Assembly: GCF_006345805.1 (NCBI RefSeq)
Contig: NW_021826419.1
Location: 1-12,883 of the forward strand
Length of the DNA: 12,883 nt
Direction of reading: 5' to 3'
DNA from: Octopus sinensis
Taxonomy: Eukaryota
Both the position numbers and the translations under genes were made by a program. Of the stretch, positions 1 through 7,302 are shown one piece after another (position 1 is the stretch's first letter; every line of letters starts with the position of its first letter). The notes under the pieces were generated by a model. It was not told the DNA's origin and searched no databases. It saw nothing but the letters and a program-made list of their open reading frames with translations.

Positions 1-38
1 GATATGAACGTAAAGATGAAATACTCAGAACGAAATAT

Positions 39-120
39 AACAACAACAGCAACGACAGAAGCAGCAAGAAGAAGAAGAAGAAGAAGAAGAACAACAACAA
101 CAACAACAACAACATTAATG

Positions 121-158
<38 letters not shown>

Positions 159-160
159 TA
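39..160. repeat. Compound trinucleotide microsatellite (AAC)n-(AAG)n-(AAC)n-(AAT)n
   Basis: Read directly from the sequence; explains ORF 4..231 (poly-T/R/I). Confidence 0.95.
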
Positions 161-163
161 ACA

Positions 164-373
164 TCAAAATTAAAAAAGAGTGCCATTGTCATCTAGATAG
201 CTTATGTGTCTTCAACAGGTTCAAAAAATAATTTTGTGAAGCTTCTTCATTTTGGTTAATATAGAAAGGATTGAGATAACTCCTCCCGAAGATTTAGACT
301 CAAAATTAAAAGAAGAGTGCCATTGTCATCTAGTGAACGATATTTCGACATCTCGTGTGTCTTCAACAGGTTC
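164..373 (+). repeat. Local imperfect direct duplication, two copies of about 60-75 bp
   Basis: 164-196 tcaaaattaaaa-aagagtgccattgtcatctag vs 300-333 tcaaaattaaaagaagagtgccattgtcatctag; then tgtgtcttcaacaggttc identical at 205-222 and 356-373; spacers differ (8 vs 22 nt). Confidence 0.9.
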
Positions 374-1080
374 GAGTTTAAAATTTCATAGTCGCGGTTA
401 CGCTATTTTGATGGTGTATAAAAGCCCTAGGTCTAAATATACCTGCTGAATCTGATGCCATTCCAATGCAATATTACTCGTTTACAGATGAATAAACTGC
501 CTCATTTTGAAATGAAATGTTTTATGCAAAAAAAAAAAAAAGAAAAATACCGCCTGGTCCAAGATTCGAAATGACAATCTTGTCATCGAAATAACAAAGC
601 TTTTACGAATAGGCCAAGCGATTTCCCTGCTTGAAGTATGTCAACCACAAAAAAAAAACTAATTTTCTCTAAAAAGGCCAACTCCATCTGGCTATAATTA
701 GGTTCCGTGTTTACGTTTCACTGTAGATATAATTAACTGTCTCTTTCTAAAGCAATAACATTGTTATATAAAATTAACGAGCGCCATATCTTCTTTTTGT
801 AATGTCCCTTTGTCGATATTTTCATTATTTTTTTTTCTTTCGGTTCTTTCTGTTCGCGGTTGTTGTGAAGTGCTGTCACTAATTCATTTTGTTGATCATA
901 TCAAACCCTGTAAGTTGGTTGGTACTCAATATATTTTAATTTTCTTGTAACTAACGATATCGGTAAATAACCAAATGTGAAAAGCAACCGCTGTGTGAAG
1001 GAATGTAGCCAAAAAGGAACGAAGTAACACAACGGTGTTCGTACACAACATCAGTTTCAGCAGACAATAATCACACAAAT

Positions 1081-1127
1081 ATATATTTACGCACACGCAT
1101 ACATGCACGCACTCGCATACACACACG

Positions 1128-1161
<34 letters not shown>

Positions 1162-1180
1162 CGCACACACACACTAGCAC
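1081..1180. repeat. (CA)/(TA) dinucleotide microsatellite
   Basis: Read directly from the sequence. Confidence 0.9.
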
Positions 1181-1273
1181 GCACTCACTGCCCCCAGACG
1201 TTTAGATAGAGACGCTTTGTACGTGTAGATTTTTACGTGTTTGTACCAGTGTACTAAGATAATATATATACAC

Positions 1274-1591
1274 GTGGCATTCCGTCGGTTACGACGACAA
1301 GCGTTTCAGTTGATTTGATCGTCGGAACAGCCTGCTCGTGAAATTAACGTGCGAGTGGCTGAGTAATCCAAAGACGTAGTTTTCGGTGTGATTCTGCGTG
1401 ACACAGAGTGTGACAAGGCTGACCCTTTGGAATACATGTACAACAGAAACAGGAAGAAAGAGTAAGAGAAAATTGTGGTAAAAGAATACAGCAGGGTTCG
1501 CCACCATCTCGCTGCCGAAGCCTCGTGAATCGAAACCTCAATCCTAACAACCGCGAGGCCGCTGCCCTGACCACTGGGCCTTTACGCCTCC
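1274..1591 (-). mobile_element. tRNA-derived SINE (family B), near full length
   Basis: Minus strand starts GGAGGCGTAAAGGCCCAGTGGTCAGGGCAGCGG (A-box-like AGGCCCAGTGG, 1581-1571), with B-box-like GGTTTCGATTC (1537-1527), a pyrimidine-rich body and a 3' tail ending ...GTCGTCGTAACCGACGGAATGCCA; flanked by (TA)n on both sides. From recall it resembles an octopus tRNA-derived SINE; family name not verified. Confidence 0.8.
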
Positions 1592-1672
1592 ATATATAAG
1601 TATATATATATATATATATAGATGTATGTATGTATCTGTACATACGTGTGTGTGTGCATATATATATATGTA

Positions 1673-1712
<40 letters not shown>
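1592..1712. repeat. (TA)n/(TG)n microsatellite
   Basis: Read directly from the sequence. Confidence 0.9.
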
Positions 1713-1805
1713 TACGTAAATACAAAGGGTGGCCCAGGTATTTTAACTTTCTTTTAAAACATTTTATAAAATGTAAATATAACTTGACACAAAAACAAGT
1801 ATTAA

Positions 1806-1866
1806 TGTGTGTGTATATATATATATATATATATGTGTGGGGGGGGTGAGAGTGTGTGTGTGTGTC
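1806..1866. repeat. (TG)/(TA) microsatellite
   Basis: Read directly from the sequence. Confidence 0.85.
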
Positions 1867-1883
1867 GGTAATACTACAATGAA

Positions 1884-2108
1884 CTAGAGAGGGCAGTATC
1901 GTTAGCTCACCGGACGAAATGCATAGCGGTATTTCGTCCGCCGTTACGAGTTCAAATTCCGCTGAGGTCGACTTTGCTTTTCATCCTTTCGGGGTCGATT
2001 AAATAAGTACCAGTCACACACTGGGGTCGATATAATCGACTTAATCCCTTACCTTTCCTTGTTTGTCCTCTCTATGTTTAGCCCCCTTTGGGCAATAAAG
2101 AAATAGAT
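1884..2108 (+). mobile_element. tRNA-derived SINE family A, single copy with diverged head
   Basis: Aligns by eye to 2484-2716 and 2909-3136: GGCAGTATCGTTAG head, GAGTTCAAATTCCG B box, GAGGTCGACTTTGC..TTTCATCCTTTCGGGGTCGATTAAATAAGTACCAG central block, TTTAGCCCC..TAAAGAAATAG tail. Confidence 0.9.
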
Positions 2109-2483
2109 ACTTCAATAAACGGGAACAGTGGAAGATGCCATATTTTTTTATTGTACGAAATATAATGGAACATCCGAACAAACAACACTTTTTTTCCGTT
2201 GTGTTGTACACTACGTCTAAAGAATTATGCATGGTGATTGACGATTAAAGGTCTATCGACACAGATGTATTTGGTAGGAGTGATTGATCTATGGTCAAAT
2301 AAGAAGAAGCAAAACAATGATAACAATACGAAGAAGTTTATAATAGAATTGTTTGAATAAGTAGATGGATCATTCGTTTCATTAAATCCATTGTAAATTA
2401 GTGAGAATGCCTCGGTAATTCACATTGTGTTAAATGTCAGGAACATTTAATATTTTGCGGTGTGTAGGAATATGTGTGGGGGA

Positions 2484-2716
2484 AGGTGGTGAGCTGACAG
2501 AATCGTTAGCGCTCCGAGCAAAGTGCCTAGCAGTATTTCGTCTGCTGCTACGTTCTGAGTTCAAATTCCGCCGAGGTCGACTTTGCCTTTCATCCTTTCG
2601 GGTTCGATTAAATAAGGACCAGTTACGCACTGGGGTCGATGTAATCGACTTAATCCGTTTCTCTATCCTTGTTTATCCCCTCTATGTTTAGCCCCTTGTG
2701 GGTTATAAAGAAATAC
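2484..2716 (+). mobile_element. SINE family A, full-length unit
   Basis: A-box-like TGACAGAATCG (2495-2505), B box GAGTTCAAATTCC (2557-2569), conserved central block and tail. The central block resembles, from recall, the Meta/MESC SINE domain (unverified). Confidence 0.92.
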
Positions 2717-2898
2717 GTATTTCGTCTGTCGTTACGCTCTGAGTTCAATTTCCGCCGATGTCGACTTTGCTTTTCATCCTTTCGGGGTCAATTAAAAAAG
2801 TACCAGTTACGCACTGGGGTCGATATAATCAATTTAATCCGTTTGTCTGTCCTTGTTTGTCCCCTCTGTGTTTAGTCCCTTGTGCGTAGTAAAGAAAT
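2717..2898 (+). mobile_element. SINE family A, headless monomer (~184 bp) fused head-to-tail to the previous unit
   Basis: Starts at GTATTTCGTCTG, 184 bp after the same motif at 2533; no A box, B box retained. Confidence 0.92.
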
Positions 2899-2908
2899 AT
2901 ATATTGTT

Positions 2909-3136
2909 AGGTGGTGAGTTGGAAGAAATGTCAGTACGCGAAATGCTTAGCGGTATTTCGTCTGCCGCTACGTTGTGAGTTCAAATTCCGCCGAGGTCGA
3001 CTTTGCCTTTCATCCTTTCAGGGTCGATTAAATAAGTACCAGTTATGCACTGGGGTCTATATAATCGACTTAATCCCTTTGCCTGTCCTTGTTCGTCCTC
3101 TCTGTGTTTAGCTCCTTGTGGGTAGTAAAGAAATAG
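2909..3136 (+). mobile_element. SINE family A, full-length unit
   Basis: AGGTGGTGAGTTGG head as at 2484; body and tail align with the other copies. Confidence 0.92.
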
Positions 3137-3250
3137 GTTTTCCGTCTGCTGCTACATTCTCTTTAGTCTTTGCGTTCTGAGTTCAAATTCCGCCAGGGTC
3201 GACTTTGCAGTTCGTCAATTCGAAGTCAACAAAGTAAGTACCCGTTGCTG
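3137..3250 (+). mobile_element. SINE family A, degenerate headless partial monomer
   Basis: GTTTTCCGTCTGCTGCTAC...GTTCTGAGTTCAAATTCCGCCAGGGTCGACTTTGC, decaying through GTCAACAAAGTAAGTACCCGT. Confidence 0.8.
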
Positions 3251-3309
3251 GACTTAGCCGCTACTCTGAAATTGTTGTGATTCGATCCAAAGATGAAGCC
3301 ACTTCTCTC

Positions 3310-3412
3310 ATATCAAATTCCCTAAGAAGACATCGTACACCAGGTGGACCGATGCCGCAGTAGACGACACAGGCCCAAGTTTCTGCGCTGTGGAACTGAA
3401 CCCGAAATCACT
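3310..3412 (-). mobile_element. Degenerate fragment of a third SINE family (possibly CORE-like)
   Basis: Minus strand GATTTCGGGTTCAGTTCCACAGCGCAGAAACTTGGGCCTGTGTCGTCTACT: B-box-like GGTTCAGTTCC followed by CTTGGGC, reminiscent of the CORE-SINE CCTTGGGCAAG motif. Assignment is from recall. Confidence 0.45.
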
Positions 3413-3418
3413 TGACCA

Positions 3419-3530
3419 CCTCCCCTCCTCCTCCTCATCATCCTCCTCCTCCTCATCATCATCATCATCTTCATTGTCGTCGTGGTCGTCGTCAGCAGTA
3501 CCTTCGTCCTCGTCCTCTCGTTCATCAAAA
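3419..3530. repeat. (TCC)/(TCA)/(TCG) trinucleotide microsatellite
   Basis: Read directly; explains the poly-D/E/S ORFs at 3308-3647. Confidence 0.9.
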
Positions 3531-3824
3531 ATCATTACAGAGGACATTATGGTTGCAATAATGGCTACCGTCTCCAGGCAAACACTTCGTTTTGATTTCT
3601 ATCTCTTTCCCTCTCTCTCCCTCTCGCTTTATCGGTATTTCGTATGAATTTTATTTTTGTTTTATATTTGTTTTTCGTTTTGCTTCTGTGTTTTTTTTCT
3701 TCTTTTTTTCGTCTCTTAATAATATGAAGAGGAAATTTCATGTCTTTGTGAATAATCCATTATTTTAATTATTTCTCTTCCTTCCACTCTTTCTTCTTCA
3801 ACACCTACTGATTCATTAATATCA

Positions 3825-3859
3825 TTAATATCGATATCGTCATCATCATCGTCCTTATC

Positions 3860-3892
<33 letters not shown>

Positions 3893-4031
3893 TTCATCGT
3901 TATCATCGTCGTCGTCGTCATCATCATCATCTTCATCTTCATCGTCGTCGTCGTCGTCGTCGTCATCATCATCATCATCATCATCATCATCAACATCATC
4001 ATCATCTTCATCGTCATCATCGTCGTCGTCG

Positions 4032-4069
<38 letters not shown>

Positions 4070-4182
4070 GTCATCTTAATCGTCATCATCTTCGTCATCG
4101 TCACCATCGTGAGCTTCATCATCATCATCAGCCACACCAGTATTGCCATTGCATCATCGTTGCCAAAATTATGAGCATCTTG

Positions 4183-4213
<31 letters not shown>

Positions 4214-4235
4214 GCAACCTCATCATCATCATCAT
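3825..4235. repeat. Long (ATC)/(GTC) compound microsatellite
   Basis: Read directly; explains ORF 3805..4149. Confidence 0.95.
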
Positions 4236-4346
4236 TGATGTGTTACAGTCTACAGCTTACATAACCTACCTTTACCAATTTTTCAGTTGAATACCTCTGC
4301 AAATTTCTTAATGTATCCGTATTATCGTCACATGTTAAAAAGTAAC

Positions 4347-4416
4347 CATCATCACCAACATCATCTCCAACGTCATCACCATAATCAGCAGCAGCAGCAC
4401 GACCACCACCTCCACC

Positions 4417-4450
<34 letters not shown>

Positions 4451-4452
4451 TT
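4347..4452. repeat. (ATC)/(AGC)/(ACC) compound microsatellite
   Basis: Read directly from the sequence. Confidence 0.9.
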
Positions 4453-4490
4453 ATATGTTGAGATGAACGTACGTCGTTACCAAACTTCTG

Positions 4491-4501
4491 CAATAATAAT
4501 G

Positions 4502-4550
<49 letters not shown>

Positions 4551-4600
4551 TAATAATAATAATAATAATAGTAATAATAATAATAATAATCATAATAATC

Positions 4601-4632
<32 letters not shown>

Positions 4633-4736
4633 GATAATAATAATAATAATAATAACAACAACAACAACAATAATATAAATGATAGTAATAATAATAATAA
4701 TGATAATAATAACGGAAACATCAACAACAAAAACAA

Positions 4737-4767
<31 letters not shown>

Positions 4768-4828
4768 AACAACAATAATAATAATAATGATGATGATGAT
4801 GACAATAATAATAATAACGATAATATTG

Positions 4829-4892
<64 letters not shown>

Positions 4893-4920
4893 TAATAATA
4901 ATAATAATGATAATAATAAT
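4491..4920. repeat. Long (AAT)n tract with (AAC)/(ATG) interruptions
   Basis: Read directly; explains the poly-I/poly-L ORFs at 4463-5035. Confidence 0.95.
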
Positions 4921-5302
4921 TTTATCGACTATTACCTCAGGAAAAATACTGTCATTACTATTTTGCTATCCCTCCAGTTTTATGAAAATAATCTTTCAGG
5001 TTGTTTATAGGCTTCTCAATATTATCCAAAAGTGAACAATGTTTTCTCTTGAGACATTTTTAAATGTCATTTGTCTTTTTAGATGAAATGTCCTTCGATG
5101 TAGCAGAAAGAGAAATTCTCTACCACGTTACCGAAAAGTTACTTTTCTCTGAATTATCTTAAATTATGAAAATAGGTTTTTAAAAATACTAAGTGATAGC
5201 TCAAAAACTAAGTGATTTCAAACTTACAAGCTTACATTTTCACAATGGGAACCACAAGCGAAAATAAATTATTCTAAAGAATAATTTAGCGGGGAAATTA
5301 GG

Positions 5303-5828
5303 AATATTCTTTCCCACTCTAGGCACGAGCCCGAAATTTTGGGGGAGGTGGCCAGTCTATTAGATCGACCCCAGAACGCAACTGGTATTTAATTAATTTA
5401 TCGACACCGAAAGGATGAAAGGCGAAGCTAACTTCGGTGGAATTTGAACTCAGAACGTTGCGACAGGCGAAATGCCTATTTGTTTACTACCCACAAGGGG
5501 CTAAACACAGAGAGGACACACAAGCACAGACAAACGGATTAAGTCGATTACATCGACCCCAATGCGTAACTGGTACTTATTTAATCGACCCCGAAACGAT
5601 GAAAGGCAAAGTTGACCTCGCCGGAATTTGAACTCAGAACGTAACGGCTAACGAAATATCTATTTTTTTACAACCCACAAGGGGCTAAACACAGAGGAGA
5701 CAAACAAGGACAGACAAACGGATTGAGTCGATCATATCGACCCCAGTGCGTAACTGGTACTTATCTAATCGACCCCGAAACGATGAAAGGCAAAGTCGAC
5801 CTCGGCGGAATTTGAACTCAGAACGTAA
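5303..5828 (-). mobile_element. SINE family A, head-to-tail trimer of headless monomers, last unit with an alternative tail
   Basis: Reverse complements of the B box and central block recur at about 5401-5460, 5581-5640 and 5768-5828 (~184 bp period). The unit ending near 5303 has tail CTGGGGTCGATCTAATAGACTGGCCACCTCCCCCAAAATTTCGGGCTCGTGCCTAGAGTGGGAAAGAAT instead of the TTTAGCCCC tail. Confidence 0.92.
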
Positions 5829-6410
5829 CCAGATCCACTGCCACCACCAACCACCACAACAACAACTACAACCACCGTAGTCCCAAACACCACCACTACC
5901 ACCCTCACCAGAACTGCAACCAGCACCACTAACGCGACCACTACCACCACCACCACCACCACCACAATTGCTCCAACCTTTACCACAACTACAACTACCG
6001 TAGTCCCAAACACCACCACTACCACCATCACCAGAACTGCAACCAGCACCACTAACGCGACCACTACCACAACCACCACAACCACCACTACCACCACCAC
6101 CACCACCACCACCACCATCACCTCCACCACAACCGCTCCAACCATTACCACAACAACAACAACCACTGTAGTCCCAAACACCACCACTACCACCATCACC
6201 AGAACTGCTACCAGCACCACTAACGCGACCACTACCACAACCACCACTACCACCACCGGCACCACCACCACCACCACAACGGCTCCTACCCTGTGTGTAT
6301 CTACACTACCAGAACTCCTTATTGAAACATTCATTGTCTCATTTTGTCATTCTTCTTGTTTATCTCTCATTTATCCGATTAACGAAATCCAATCAGCATT
6401 AGAGAAATAA
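5829..6410 (+). CDS. Possible Thr-rich mucin-like coding segment (no ATG; would need splicing)
   Basis: Stop-to-stop open frame of 193 codons (TAA 5826-5828 to TAA 6408-6410): PDPLPPP-T9-VVPNTTTTTLTRTATSTTNAT...APT x3, then LCVSTLPELLIETFIVSFCHSSCLSLIYPINEIQSALEK. No convincing splice acceptor is visible. Confidence 0.25.
   Translation, partial: PDPLPPPTTTTTTTTTVVPNTTTTTLTRTATSTTNATTTTTTTTTTIAPTFTTTTTTVVPNTTTTTITRTATSTTNATTTTTTTTTTTTTTTTTTTITSTTTAPTITTTTTTTVVPNTTTTTITRTATSTTNATTTTTTTTTTGTTTTTTTAPTLCVSTLPELLIETFIVSFCHSSCLSLIYPINEIQSALEK
5840..6290 (+). repeat. Higher-order ACC/ACT/ACA minisatellite, three units
   Basis: Landmark GTAGTCCCAAACACCACCACTACCACC(C/A)TCACCAGAACTGC(A/T)ACCAGCACCACTAACGCGACCACTACCAC at 5877, 6000 and 6168 (spacings 123 and 168 nt). 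Confidence 0.92.
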
Positions 6411-6610
6411 CCGGACAATTCTCATTAGTAAATTACGTCTGACGTCATCGAAGTCGTCATGGTTACTAGCGACTAAGCAAGTCAACATGGCTTCCCCTTA
6501 TATACGTACGCAGCCATTTTGGTGTCACTACTTCAACGAGTGAGGCTCCTCTCACTATCTCTTTCCGGAGGACAGCTGCAGCAGCAGCAGCAACAACAAG
6601 AGGGGCGGTA
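6385..6610. promoter_or_regulatory. Candidate RNA polymerase II promoter island, possibly bidirectional
   Basis: CCAATCAG (6389-6396), perfect CRE TGACGTCA (6440-6447), RFX X-box-like GTCGTCATGGTTAC (6453-6466), TATATAAG on the minus strand (6504-6497), YY1-like CAAAATGGCTGC on the minus strand (6521-6510), ETS-like TTCCGG (6563-6568), GC box GGGGCGG (6602-6608); CpG-rich unique sequence between two repeat blocks. Confidence 0.55.
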
Positions 6611-6644
6611 GGAGGTGTTATTATTGTCGTTAGTGTTGTTGACG

Positions 6645-7302
6645 GTGTGTGTGTGTGTACGTGTGCGTGTGTGTGTGCATGTATGTGTGTATGCATGTGT
6701 GTATGTGTAGCGTGCGTGTTTGCGCATGTATTTGTATGTGTGTGACTCTGTGTGTGCGTATGTGTGTGTGGTGTGTGCACGTATGTGTGCATGCGGGTTT
6801 GCGCGTGTGTTTGTATGTGTTTATGTGTGTGACACTGTGTGTACGTGTGCGTGTATGTGTGCATGTATGTATGTGTAGCGTGCTTGTTTGCGCATGTATT
6901 TGTATGTGTGTTTATGTGTGTGACTGTGTGTGTACGTGCGCGTGTGTGTACGTATATGTGTGTGTGTATGTACGTATGCATGCGTGTTTGCGCGTGTCTT
7001 TGTATGTGTTTATGTGTGTGTACGTGTGCGTGTATGTACGTGTGTGTGTGTGTGTGTGCATGTATGTGTGTATATGCATGTGTGTATGTGTGGGTGCGTG
7101 TTTGCTCGTGTTTGTATGTGTGCGTGTGTTTATGTGTGTGGCAATGGATACTGGTGCGTGCGTGTGTGTGCGTGTGTGTGAGTGCGTGTCTGTGTGCATG
7201 TGTGCGTGTGGGTGTGTATGCCTGTGTATGTGTTCATGTTTGTGTATGTGTGTGTACGTGTGCGTGTGTGAGTGTGCGCGTGCGTTTGTGTGTGCGTGTG
7301 TT
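6645..7302. repeat. ~650 bp degenerate (TG/CG/TA) alternating purine-pyrimidine tract with higher-order periodicity
   Basis: GTTTGC(G/T)C landmarks at 6718, 6797, 6886, 6986 and 7100; explains the V/C/H/T-rich ORFs at 6466-7326. Confidence 0.92.

Noticed and set aside
1721-1775. TACAAAGGGTGGCCCA, resembling a Tc1/mariner TIR start, plus a 16-bp palindrome ACATTTTATAAAATGT (1759-1774)
   Set aside because: No partner inverted end was found in the window, and an AT-rich palindrome of this length is weak evidence alone.
2484-3250. CRISPR-like or tRNA-gene interpretation of the regularly spaced repeats
   Set aside because: The units are ~184 bp of continuous homology without unique spacers; the heads have A/B boxes but no complete cloverleaf; the context is eukaryotic.
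5083-5162. Plus-strand acceptor TGTCTTTTTAG followed by a protein-like frame (EMSFDVAEREILYHVTEKLLFSELS*)
   Set aside because: The superficial likeness to an SH3 DELSF motif breaks down, there is no good donor, and there is no partner exon.
5765-6334. 189-aa Val-rich minus-strand ORF downstream of the minus-strand TATA/Inr
   Set aside because: It is the antisense reading of the ACC repeat and ends inside a SINE; poly-Val content is implausible and the open frame is expected from low complexity.
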